From Tetramitus jugosus (lineage: Eukaryota; Protista; Heterolobosea), in assembly GCA_937625935.1 (NCBI GenBank), contig OW569369.1, positions 1-64,000 of the forward strand: a DNA stretch of 64,000 nt, read 5' to 3'. Positions 1 to 11,826 of this stretch are shown here, in pieces. Under the pieces are notes generated by a model. That model saw only the letters and a program-made list of their open reading frames with translations, ran no database searches and was not told where the DNA came from. Within the stretch, counting starts at the first letter, position 1. Each line of letters begins with the position of its first letter. Made by a program: the position numbers and the translations under genes.

Positions 1-769
1 CCTAACCCAAACCCAAACCCTACCAACCCTAACCCAAACCCAAACCCAAACCCAAACCCAAACCAAACCCAAACCCAAACCCAAACCCAAACCCAAACCC
101 AAACCCAAACCCAAACCCAAACCCAAACCCAAACCCAAACCCAAACCCAAACCCAAACCCAAACCCAAACCCAAACCCAAACCCAAACCCAAACCCAAAC
201 CCAAACCCAAACCCAAACCCAAACCCAAACCCAAACCCAAACCCAAACCCAAACCCAAACCCAAACCCAAACCCAAACCCAAACCCAAACCCAAACCCAA
301 ACCCAAACCCAAACCCAAACCCAAACCCAAACCCAAACCCAAACCCAAACCCAAACCCAAACCCAAACCCAAACCCAAACCCAAACCCAAACCCAAACCC
401 AAACCCAAACCCAAACCCAAACCCAAACCCAAACCCAAACCCAAACCCAAACCCAAACCCAAACCCAAACCCAAACCCAAACCCAAACCCAAACCCAAAC
501 CCAAACCCAAACCCAAACCCAAACCCAAACCCAAACCCAAACCCAAACCCAAACCCAAACCCAAACCCAAACCCAAACCCAAACCCAAACCCAAACCCAA
601 ACCCAAACCCAAACCCAAACCCAAACCCAAACCCAAACCCAAACCCAAACCCAAACCCAAACCCAAACCCAAACCCAAACCCAAACCCAAACCCAAACCC
701 AAACCCAAACCCAAACCCAAACCCAAACCCAAACCCAAACCCAAACCCAAACCCAAACCCAAACCCAAA
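1..769. repeat. Telomere, (CCCAAA)n = (TTTGGG)n on the other strand, with a few CCCTAA-type variants in the first ~40 bp
   Basis: Uninterrupted CCCAAA array from ~35 to 769 at the very start of the window, C-rich strand 5'. Confidence 0.95.
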
Positions 770-770
770 T

Positions 771-1290
771 CAACTTTCTTCTCGAATATCGAAATTTTCA
801 TCAAAATTCGAAATAAAACCAGTTTGACATCAAAATCCTCTCTATTAGTCTGTTTTGAAATTCAAATCACACTTACTCTCTCAAACTTTCATTTTCTACC
901 TCCTTTCATCAAAATTGCCACCAAACCCAAACCCAATGTTGTTGTTGTCATTGCTCCGTTGGTCAAGAATCAATTTGTTGGAGAAGAACAAATTATGTCG
1001 ATGTCGGTTCCTTAGTGATGGCACTAAGAGATGGGAATCAAAATCTATTGTATTTAGTCGACATTCATGATTGTCACTCAATTCTATTGAGATGATCATC
1101 TAAAACTTTTGTGTATGTTCCTGAAGCCGCCAGTACTCTCAAAACTCAAAAATAACAATCGGAATAATTTCAACTTTAGCTTCAAAAATCGAAACTTTCA
1201 TCCAAATTCGAAATAAACCCAGTTTGACATCAAAATTCTCTGAATTAATCTGTATTGTATGTAAAGTCATCTTTCTAATCACAAATATTC
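771..1290. repeat. Telomere-adjacent diverged duplication (~771-890 vs ~1171-1290) with an interstitial telomeric seed at 921-936
   Basis: caacttt...tcgaaa.tttcatc.aaattcgaaataaa.ccagtttgacatcaaaat occurs at 771 and 1171; ccaaacccaaacccaa at 921-936. Confidence 0.8.
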
Positions 1291-1501
1291 ATATCTCTTA
1301 CCTCATTTCCTCAAAACTGCTCGTTACTGCTGTCAGTGCGATGTTAGTTCGGTGACTTCGTCTCTTTGGTAGAGTGTTTGTGTTGTATTATATTCAAATA
1401 CACTCTGCTTTTTATCATCTTTATTTGTTCTCTGTTCGTTCTAGTTACTTCTCTCTGCTCTTCTATTCTTCTTTTGTGTTCGTCCACAAGTTCTATGCTT
1501 C

Positions 1502-1870
1502 TTTTTTCGTTCATTTCATTCCCATAGTCTTAATTTTATGTCTAGATTCTGTTTTTAAACTCTAATTTTGATTTTGTTTCGTATTCGTAAAGTATCTACC
1601 AGAATGGTCGATTTATTCGATAGGAAGTCAAAAACAAGACTGCTATCGTTAACTGTTTCTCAATTCTCATTCCTAATCTAATCGTTAATCATTTTGCTGA
1701 TTTTATCGCTCTCATTTTGTATGTATATCTGATCAGCTTTCTACTGGAGCAGACAAATCGTTTTATACATCATTTTTCGTTCATAGCATTCCCGTTATCA
1801 TAATTTTAGGTGTAAATTCCGTTTTTAAACTCTAAATTTGATTTTGATTCTTATCTTTCAAGTTTTTACC
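1502..1870. repeat. Diverged direct repeat (~100 bp units at ~1502 and ~1773)
   Basis: tttttcgttcat..cattccc...taatttta.gt...attc.gtttttaaactctaa.tttgattttg is shared by both copies. Confidence 0.75.
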
Positions 1871-3107
1871 AACTCATCTGGATTTTTTGAAGTTATAGCT
1901 AGAGTTCTGAAGTATAATATCTATTTTCAAACGTCACTCGAAGGTTTAGTAGTTTCCTTCATCCCAAATACGAAGATAATTATATAGATCATTTAGTTCA
2001 ATGATATGTTTATTCAATAGTATTTTATAATTCTACTCTGTTTTTAGTCGAAGTAGTCTCAGCTTCTGTAGCCATGATGTTCAACTTTCGTGTAGGTGAT
2101 AGAGAATCATAGTGAAGACACATATCCTTATCCTTCCTATTTGAATTATCCTCAGTGGCTACTATTCCCTTGTAGATATAAGAATCTGTATAGCATAAAG
2201 TAAACGCCTTCGGATGTCAATATATATGTACTAAAATATCCATTGAGAGGTTTGATTTGTATCCATGTTTTTTATGATTCCTAGTATCATTGTAGAGGAA
2301 TAATAACTCTTATTCAATAGAGGAGAGTCTCTATTCAACATCTTATACAACAAAGGGAAAGGGGGTAGCGATTGGAAGAGAGTATAATATCTGAACATTC
2401 TCCCCCGTAGACTAGACATTGTGAAACTTTGTTGCTTCACACATTATTGTTGGTTCTTTGGCACAGAAATGATGGGCAACTCGGTGTTTCTGTTTGATGT
2501 ATTCGGTAGAACTATCTCTGCTCGTACGCGCATAGAAAAAAAAGCCCTAGAAGGGATTATTTATGACGCGCGGCAAAAATTCCCCCAAAAAAAAATTAAC
2601 CGTTACGTTCATCCATATTTACAAATCATTTTCTCTATTGCTTGTATGTGGAATGAGTGATGTGTGCTCGAGCTAGCAATTACACACAGTATCCAACAAT
2701 AATCTTCGTCTTCTTTCTCCGATTGGAGCTTCTCACTTCATTCTTCATCAGTTGACACAACCAAAACACTTGGATTCTATCTGCAAGCATCCAAGAATTG
2801 ACACAAGAACTGGCCAACGATCACAACTAAAGGTTCACTTGTGCCCATTGGTTACTATTGAAATTGAATCAACAATTCACACTTTATTAAAACTTGCAAG
2901 AAGCATGAGGACAACTCTTTCTCTCTGCTGATACCTGTTGTTCAGCCTCCTCAAAGATTTGTCTTCTTCTTCCCTATTCTCCTCATTCTATTCTTCTTCT
3001 TTTTCCATCCCCGTTCATCTATTCCTCCATATTTCCATCCCCATTCACATCCATTTCTGTTGCTTCACTCCCTCCATAAAATCCATTGTAGATTGTAGTA
3101 CTTGAAG

Positions 3108-3124
3108 CACACACACACACATAG

Positions 3125-3157
<33 letters not shown>
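3108..3157. repeat. (CA)n/(GA)n microsatellite
   Basis: Directly visible. Confidence 0.9.
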
Positions 3158-4009
3158 GATGATGAAAACCAAACCTATATCATCATCACCACTATTATAA
3201 TCATTATAAAACAATGATATGAGACATAGACACCTTTACTTTTGTAATTGTTTTATTGGGTTGATTGAGCTCGCCCTACTTGTTTCTCACTTTACATGAC
3301 AGCAAACAATAAACAGGTAAAGTATAATAGGAAAGGCAAACAAACAAATAGGGTAATTTCTATGATTTCAACACGGTTCTTTCTTCCAACAGGTGAGGGA
3401 GTACAAAAGTGTGAAATGATGCAGTATTGTGATTTAAATTGACTCTTCACAATTCACTTGTTCATTTGTAGATGATGATGATGAGTGAAGGATAAGAAAG
3501 AAGACACAACTTGGAGGTAGATTCATTGACTTCCTATCTATCAAAACAACTACTACAGTAATTGAGTAGTGTTCGCAATCCAGTATCACAATTTGGTTGT
3601 TCATTTCAAGGTTCAAGACAAATGGAGAGTGTGTGTAGAGTGTATGACACAACAACACAATTGACACACAACAACAATAACAACAAGATGTGCTGTGATT
3701 CCTGTTTTCTAACAGAGGTTGATTTGAGTCTGCAAACAGCACCCAATCCTGGCTTGTGATTATTGTTACAAGAACAAAGAAAGACAATGGACAAGTATTT
3801 TGGAGAAAGAGAAGGTGAGAATAGATGATTATACAAGCTTTTTATTGGATTACTTTCAAAGGGAATGCAGTTCATGAAGAGAGAATTGCAACGCTCTGCT
3901 CTAGCAACCTCCGCGACTTTGTATCTCTATCAAACAATAAAATTGACAAATACTGAGACAATAGAAAGTCATTTAAAGCAATTTAAAGTTGTAATTGCAC
4001 TTGATTCGA

Positions 4010-4098
4010 CCAGTTGAGAGGAAAGTCGATTTGGTTGTTCGGTCATCAGTTCCAGCTCTGACTGGAAATTGCGAATTTGGTTCAATCACCGACTGGAA
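4010..4098. repeat. 89-bp hairpin-forming repeat, copy 1
   Basis: Identical to 4861-4949 except one base (ggtc vs ggcc); internal ttccag-ctctga-ctggaa palindrome. Confidence 0.9.
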
Positions 4099-4860
4099 TT
4101 ACGAAAATTGATGCGCGTACCAGCAGAGTTAGGATTCGAGAACATATGAAACAACTTGTCAAAAATAAACGTATCACCTTGAAAGAAGACCTGATAGTTC
4201 GTATCTACTCTCTGTCTCTTGTTCTACAACCATATCATTCGAAGGAACTCACGCAATAACTAGCGATGAATCTGAGTGCATCACGAAGAGCAACAAACAA
4301 TGGAATCGTACTGCAAGAATTACACTGAAGGAAATAGGAGTGCTAATTGAGCAGTATTGCATTATTTCATGAATAAACGAACAAAATTGAATTGATTGAG
4401 ACACAGACTCAACTATTGTATACCTGATGAAGGATTGGAAGACTGTTGAGATCTTAGATCTGCACCAAAAAGCAATATTTACGAATACTGAGACGAGAGA
4501 TAAGTATCCCAAATTAATTTGAAGTAATATTTGGGCTTGGTTCGGCAAGTTAGGAAAAAGGTTGATTTGGTTTTCACAGTTGCGGCCTCTGAAAACTAAC
4601 CCCCAGAAGAAAGCAATGGAAACACTCTGCGAGAGTTGCTTTGAGCAACATAGACACAAGAATAGTCTTAAATATTCAAGATAGTAGTGACTCGAATAAT
4701 AGTGATTCGATTTCAAATCAGTTTCAATGATTGTATAGCCGTTGAACGATAAAACAATTTTCGCGACTTTAGATCTCCGTCAAAAGGCATAGTTCACCAA
4801 AAGCAAGACGATAAATAGACTCCCCAAAGTAATGAGTAGTAGAAACTGTAATTGGTTTGG

Positions 4861-4949
4861 CCAGTTGAGAGGAAAGTCGATTTGGTTGTTCGGCCATCAG
4901 TTCCAGCTCTGACTGGAAATTGCGAATTTGGTTCAATCACCGACTGGAA
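4861..4949. repeat. 89-bp hairpin-forming repeat, copy 2
   Basis: See copy 1 at 4010-4098. Confidence 0.9.
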
Positions 4950-5794
4950 CTTCTCTTCATCAGTTCACACAACACCAGAACATCACCTCTTCTACATCAA
5001 CCACCACACTGTCCTAATAATTACCACTACTTACTTTCATCCCCTCCAACTCATCATCAATAAATTTGAACAGCTATGCAACTTTACTTTTTGTGTGATC
5101 GTACGGTGTGAGACTTCTCATTCTTCGTATCCGTTTCAAGACGTACCATCTCGTGACTATTTGTAATCTTTATATTCTTACTGTCATATCATTCTTGTTC
5201 TTGTCACGACGTACCAGATCTTGTGAGTACTTGCTTCGTGTCGTCGAGACATGAGAAAACGTCAGACATTAGGAAACGTGTTCAGAAACGAATACAATGA
5301 TTTTATTGGATACAGTCTTGGTCCCAAAGGACAATGCTTAAGTGACGCTCAAGGTTTGGGATCAAACTTACCTGCTTTGTCGCATCTTGTTGTTGTGATG
5401 ATGATTGGGACCACTTTTGAATCGCAAGAGCACAACCATTGTTTGCTCTGGGCAACGTCGTAAGAGATGATTCGAGGTGTTTTGGCGTTCAGACAGTTTG
5501 ATACGACAATGGAAAGGAATGATGCACACTTTCAATGCTGCGTTGAACTAACAAATCAGACAGCATAAGTAGAGAGAGTTCACAGATTAGTACTAAACGT
5601 TAACGCGAGGGCGAACTAGTAACATAGGGTCTGACTAGAAACACATAAAATAACGGTTTATTGTTTTGGTAGCACATATAACGACAACAGGGAACACAAC
5701 AACACAACAAAATCATGCTAATTTTGACAGTCAAAATGTACGCAAGTTTCCTTGCGTCCTTTAGTACTGTCCATCTAGTTCTGAGAATTGCTGA

Positions 5795-5841
5795 GTTGTT
5801 GTTCTTGTTGTTGTTGTTTGCTGTTGTTGTTGTTATTGTTC

Positions 5842-5877
<36 letters not shown>

Positions 5878-5917
5878 GTTGTTGTTTGTTGTTGTTGTTC
5901 TTGTTGTTGTTGTTGTG
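5795..5917. repeat. (TTG)n low-complexity tract
   Basis: Directly visible. Confidence 0.85.
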
Positions 5918-6195
5918 TACTCTTCTGAGAAACACCACAGTAGTGTGTTTTGCGCGTTGGTATGTGTTCGCTCTTTGCTGAAAAATTGTTAGTTCAACAT
6001 GAATGTGAGTATAGGCATAAAAAGACATACTTTGATTGTGTTCTTCCATTATTATTTTTGTAGTAGGTTTGTTGTTGTTGGTGTTGTTTGGTTGGACCTC
6101 TTGGTGTACCAAATACTACTTCTCTATTTATTCAGTAATAAACAATAATCCCACTATTTCAGACTTCTCATCGTCTTCAATTTTCTGTTTGTTTT

Positions 6196-7123
6196 TTATG
6201 GAGTGCGTACATCTCGAATGGTTTGAGATGGTTTCTTCACTTGAGATTGAGAATTCCTTGGTTCCATCTCCTCAGACACAATCGCAGTTTGCTGGAAAAT
6301 ATTCTTCTTGATTCGAGAACACTTTTCTAAGGTCTTCAACCATTCAGAATCGAGTGTCTCTTTGAATCCTTGATACTCTAAGAGTATACTACGAGTACTT
6401 TCTTCAATTAGGCGAGATGATTCCGAGTTAATATGGAGAGTTTGATTCATATGGCTTTCTCTATTCTGAATTTGTTCCTTGTATTTTTGTATCTCAACAC
6501 TCATAGTCGATACCTTACTCTCGAGCAACAATTTGTCACTGTTAACTTCACTATGTACTTGAAGCAACTTTTCCACTTGGTTCTTCAAAGACAAGATCTC
6601 TTTGTCTTTAGTTTCGCAACTATCTTCCACCTTCTTCAAACGTTGATTCTCTTCTTTCAAAAGTGAGTTCTCTGTCATGGGAGCGACCAGATATTATATT
6701 CACCTCTGACCCCCTCCCTGCCTGTTTTGAATAAATTTGAATAACACATTTTCCTGTAAATTCGAACGTTACATTAATTCTCCTACTAGGGTTGGGATCA
6801 AGAGACCCCCTTTGAATAAAATATTGAATAAATTTCTCAGACCCCCTCCCTAGGGGGTGCGTAAGAAATAATATCTGGACGCTCCCCATGAGCTGCTTTG
6901 CCCTATTCACAACATTAAGATCAAAGTTAGTAATAAAAGCATTCAACACTGACTCAGTAGAGGGAGCGTTCGATACTGCCTCAGTAGAGGGAACATGAGA
7001 TTTAGGTAAAAGCTTGAGTTTCTTAGAAGGACTGGGCTTCTCTTCTTGACCCTTTCTCTTAGTAGCGGAAGTTTCTGATGTAGGCATCTTTACCACAGGA
7101 GGTGTTGGGAATCCTTGTTGCAT
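6196..7123 (-). pseudogene. Coiled-coil protein ORF (~238 aa when rejoined) interrupted by a MITE
   Basis: ORF 6620-7123 reads ...NRAKQLM up to 6887 and ORF 6196-6678 starts MTENSLL; deleting 6679-6886 plus one CAT joins them in frame. NLS-like KRK/KKLK and a heptad-rich C-half. Confidence 0.7.
6679..6886. mobile_element. 208-bp MITE with 18-bp TIRs and CAT (or CATG) target-site duplication
   Basis: Left gggagcgaccagatatta (6679-6696), right taatatctggacgctccc (6869-6886), 1 mismatch; CAT at 6676-6678 and 6887-6889; internal direct repeat gaccccctccct at ~6708 and ~6840. Confidence 0.9.
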
Positions 7124-7859
7124 TGTTTTCTTTTGAATCGAAAGTGTTGTGTCTATGTGTCTATTGTAGAAGTCGCCCCAATTTTTTCCTGGACTGGGGC
7201 TACACTATCTATGCACGTACGGGCAGAGTTAGAACTAAAAAACAGATGAAAGGACCTGTCAAAAATAGGGCTCAAAAAATGATAGAAAAAGATGAGCAAC
7301 GATAGAAGAAACATTGCCAACAAAGGCAGGAAGATCTTGTTAGCTAAGGCTTGGGTTGCGACAAACTCATCTCTTTGGTTTGAAATCATTATTTGTTTGT
7401 AAATACGATATACAGTTTCAAATGAAGGTTGTACTGCACGTTGTGTTTATATCTCATAGAGAGGACAGTGGATACAACCTGTTCAATAATATCTTGAGGT
7501 GTTAACACGTCATAGGCATACACTCCAGGACTCTTCATACCATCGTACAAATAAGCAATGGTCTTAAACTGTGTAATATCATGATACTTCAAACCAGAGA
7601 GTTTTGACTGATCCACTGGTGGAGTCTTGTCCAACTTCTTCAAATCGCTCAGAGGATATCGATCCTTTTTGTTCCCTCCCTTTCCATTCAGAACAAATGC
7701 ACCTCCTTTGAACATCAAAGGAATCCAATCGGCTTCTTCTTCAATGATATCCCCAAGTTCATTCTTTGTACTGACTACTGTTGCGTCCTCGACAATGGAA
7801 CAAACCGAGTTGAAATTGATGATTAGAACGATCTACAATGTCAAATATATTCTTGTAGA

Positions 7860-10725
7860 TGGTTATTGTGAATGAAGAAAAAGGAGAAAAATTGTTCTTG
7901 AATCGGTGCTCTTGCACTGATGCTGATTCTCTAGTCCGAAGTGGAGAAAATTTCTTGAACTATGGTTCGGCAAACAATGTTGGTGCTACTCATATTAATC
8001 CACACTTACTCGAACAGAAGAAGGATCTATTTCTCAAGATGTACCAAGCATTGAGGCATTGAGTCAGCCAGAAACACATGGGTTCTTTTTCAGATTCATA
8101 GATAATCAACTAGATAACTTCATCAAGCAGGTCTTGAGCATAACTTGATAGTCCCTAGTAATGATACTCTGGATAGGACGGACGTTGGAAGCTATGGCGC
8201 TCCTATTGATTTTAACTGCAATTGGAGTTCATTCAAAAGCATCTAACTGTCGTCACTTCTTGATATCGTATGATGGAATCATTGTCATTCCTAGGTACAA
8301 GTTCAATGAAGGACTGGATCTCGTGCTGGGTGGAAGTGTATCATTAACTCCAGAGGAGTATGTATAGAGGGATAAGGTGAAGCTGGATGATGATCTGGGT
8401 CATGAAGTTCTTCATTTCATGTTACAGAGTTTGGAAGGTATGGTGACAGTTCGTACTGGGCATTGAGTTAAGCGAGACAGGACCCATGGAACAAAGTTTG
8501 TTATTTCCAAGTTAAAGGTGCTCGTTGATCTATTCTATAGGAAGGATATATGTGAGATAATAGCTTCATCCAGTGATGGTGATCTAGCATCAGATGCTGT
8601 CCATAAGTTTATGAATGACTACACAATTGCAAAGTATGGGACACCATGGTTCCACATGTTCGACTTTAGTCACAATACGAAGGCAACTCGTAATGCAACA
8701 ATGAACAGGCATCTACAGCCAGGTCAGCACAAGCTGCATATGAATGTATTGATAGATCTCTGCAGGAAGAGTCCAAATGTGAATGATGCTCTAGGTTTCA
8801 TACGGGACAGTTGGCTCAATCCACCAGATATCATGAAGATGAACCAAGCGTTGGGGTTAACTTCAAAACGTGTGCAGGATGCATTGAGTAACCTTCCAGA
8901 TGAGTATACACAAGAGAAGGAGATAGGGAATATGCTGAGTATTTTAGACAAATTAGACGGATGTAGGATTGCTTCATGGATAAATCCATGTCTCAAGATG
9001 AAGCAGTGACACAACTAGGAAAGGCAGATCCCTTGGGAACTATATGAGCTATATCTGTAATTGGAACAACAGTACATCACACCCAGATTCTAAGCTTGCA
9101 CTTCAAACCAGTAGACACTTGACAACGACCATCTACCAGTTCTATCTTATAGGATAGTTATATCTAATTATGCATCTCTGCTTGAAGCGAGTTGGAACTA
9201 CGTAGATTGTCTGCAGATCTGTTGTATGTACATTACCAGTGGAACTGCTGTTCTGTTGCATCCGAGGTATGCAACCATTATCATGTGTACTATCACTGAG
9301 GTTCGTGGATTATTCCGCTTCTGCGAATGTTGTGAAGCAGATTAAAGCCACAATCATGCAGAAGATTCTTTTGGGTAGATCTGAAGAAAGGAACCAGAGT
9401 GCATCTGAATCTGGAGGATGTGTTCCACTTCATGCAAATAGAACAGAGCAGTGATGTCATAAATGATGAGTGTGACGCGTGTTTTGAGGAACAGTTTGGA
9501 TCACAATATAAGAAGCCATTGATTATTGCATATTATGCTGGGAGACAGTGAACTTGAAGTTCTTCCCAGATGGCTGTCCTCGTGAGATTGCTGCTCGTGT
9601 TGAGGGTATGAGTGGAAGTGATATTCTATCTTGCAGATTCAATCCACACATCAAACCAGAAGCATGGAGTGAACAGAGTAGTGCTATCCATGGTGTTACA
9701 CCAGATGATGTTATTGGACAGCCTCTATTAGAGAATGGTGTTTCTGCGTTCTATAGATTAGTGAAAGTTAACAAGCGTTGCATACAACTCTAGTTTTGAT
9801 AAATCGAGGATCGGTAGCTGTGCATAGGAGCTTGTCAAAGAGCACGATGTGATATGGCCGGATGGAAGATGATTGATTGGCGATGAGCTAGTGTATGATG
9901 ATGACGGCAGAATAATTAACAAGCCTGCGAAGCTGTCTGAGATCTTTCAACATAGAATGAAAGAGTATGAGCAGATTGACTTGAGTCAGGTGCATGGAGC
10001 AAGGTATGACACGTATATGATGCAAAGATTATTACTGCAGAATTATGGAAGTGAAGAACTTGTGAGAAACGCAATTATAACATTGTGTAAGCAAAGCAAA
10101 GGTTCAGGATGCAAATGCTTTACCGGTTGCTCTGCATCCTGTAAGTGCTCAATTGGGTGCACACTAGAATGTAAGTGTATTGGATGTGCTATTCCTGTCA
10201 AGATCAGACCAGATCATAAACTGCCATTCGATGTTGACAAGCTTACTGTTACTGCCATCACGAAACTGCCTACACTAGAACTACAATTGTGTTTGTTCGC
10301 GAAGAACAGTGATATGAGAGGAACCAAATCTGTACTTCAAGATAGACTAGAGAAGGTTCAAAGTGGAACTACAGTTGCACCACCAACATCTGTTTCAAGA
10401 AAACTGAAGAGAGAAGCAGATGTTCAATCTGATACGTTAACTAGGGAGATTATTTTGACCATGATCAAAGAGCAGTGTATCTATGAATATCAACAGCCAA
10501 GTAGGACTATTGAGATACAAACTGCTCGAATCTGCAGATCTGCTAGAAGCGGGTGATGAATCATTGAAGACACCACGCAAGTACAATAAGAAGAAGAAAC
10601 AATCAGAACAGCCTGTAAACAAGAAGAAGAGAACTAGTAAGAAGAGAACTGCTGTAGATGCAGATATAGAAATATATAACTCTCAGCTGTCTTCCAAGAA
10701 GCCTCTCGTTGCTACAAGGATCTAG
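7860..10725 (+). pseudogene. Decayed P-element/THAP9-like DDE transposase followed by DEDDh exonuclease, Cys-rich CXC-like and SAP-like coding sequence
   Basis: Frame 8161-9009 (two internal stops) reads LISYDG...HEVLHFMLQSLEG...IIASSSDGD...DFSHNTKATRN...DIMKMNQALGLTSKRVQDAL; TLPVELLFCCIRG at ~9230. Then Y(A)GET...AIHGVTPDDV...HGARYD (exonuclease), CKCFTGCSASCKCSIGCTLECKCIGC, and LPTLEL...MRGTKSVLQDRL (SAP). Multiple stops and frameshifts; ends not found. Confidence 0.65.
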
Positions 10726-10829
10726 ATGAAAGAAACTTTCTTCACTGCTAAGGAAGCAATGCTTCCTTTTCAGAGTACTTGTATGGATTGAAGAGAACGA
10801 GTGCTACCATTGATGTCAGTCGGACGAGT

Positions 10830-11428
10830 AGTGGTGGAGGTGGTGGTAATGTAGGAAAGTGTGTTGAATAGTCAGATATGACATAACCCAATCGTAACAC
10901 ATAGGTCATTAGGCTCCACATTCCTCCTCTCTTATTGAAAAGTGAAATGATCTTTAACCGTGAAATGTTCATGTTTCTTCGATCGTTGATCAAATCAATG
11001 ATACTCATCCGCTTGAGCATTAACCCCTGCAGATGCATCAACGGAGAATGATACCTGATATCTTTGAATAAATACAATAGCATATATACAAAAAAGGATG
11101 CTACATAGGCAGCACTACAGTAGGGCCACATCAACACAAACATCTTCATCAACTGTTTGTACAGCCGTTGAATCATGGATGGTTTGACAGACAACAATGA
11201 AGAATCAACTTGATCTGTAATTTGTTGTTGCTGTTGTTCTTGTTGTATCCTCATATGTTTTCGATACATTTGATCGAGCTTACTCTTCAAGAACGGAACA
11301 ACAATCACATTGAACAAACTCACATTTTTTTGTCGTGTCGTCAGTGCAGTTGCTTCTCTATGATGGTGATGGTGATGAGAAGCAGTTCCTATGGCTTTTC
11401 TGTTCAAGTTCTTTGAGTGGTGGTACAC
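10830..11428 (-). pseudogene. PEX12: Internal fragment of peroxin PEX12 (Pex2/Pex12 N-domain; no RING)
   Basis: VVPFLKSKLDQMY...FVLMWPY...YMLLYLF...YHSPLMHLQGLMLKRM...LPPPPP matches PEX12 motifs; the N-terminus, the LEWW segment and the RING finger are absent. Confidence 0.7.
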
Positions 11429-11826
11429 TAGTGAAAATCAACTCAAATCGAAGACTACCATGCTCTAACTTCCTGAGTTCTATCATGATAGAAGTCTCCA
11501 GTAGTAAAGTTCAATCGAACGTCCATTTCACACTCGGAAACGATTTTTCGCGCACTTATTGGCTTCCTAGTCATAGGGTTTACGATTCGGGACTCGGGTT
11601 TCCCATAACATTGCATTTCAAGGATGGTGATGAAGATGATGGTCTATCTCTCTTTCCTGGTCTTGATTCCGCTCAAAAATTTTTCTTCGGTTATCTGTTG
11701 GACCATCAACGGTCATCCAAAGTTGGTTCACGAACTTTCGTTGAACTTTTTTTTGGGTTCTGATCAGCTGGGTGTGTTACAAACAAAAACCGATAATTAT
11801 CCGAAAAAACACAAACAAGCTTTCAA

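Noticed and set aside
824-3900. Short subtelomeric ORFs
   Set aside because: No recognisable motifs; AT-rich repeats and probable decayed sequence.
5600-6311. ORFs on both strands (170 aa, 88 aa, 91 aa)
   Set aside because: Products of the (TTG)n low-complexity tract; no recognisable domain.
7153-7800. Minus-strand ORFs as a second gene of the P-like element
   Set aside because: Coding-like but unidentifiable; linkage to the element cannot be shown without other copies.
11426-11437. CACTAGTGAAAA as a CACTA element end
   Set aside because: Single short match with no matching opposite end or subterminal repeats.
5623-11590. CATAGGGT motifs at 5623 and 11572 as P-element termini
   Set aside because: Both are in the same orientation; no inverted partner or TSD found.
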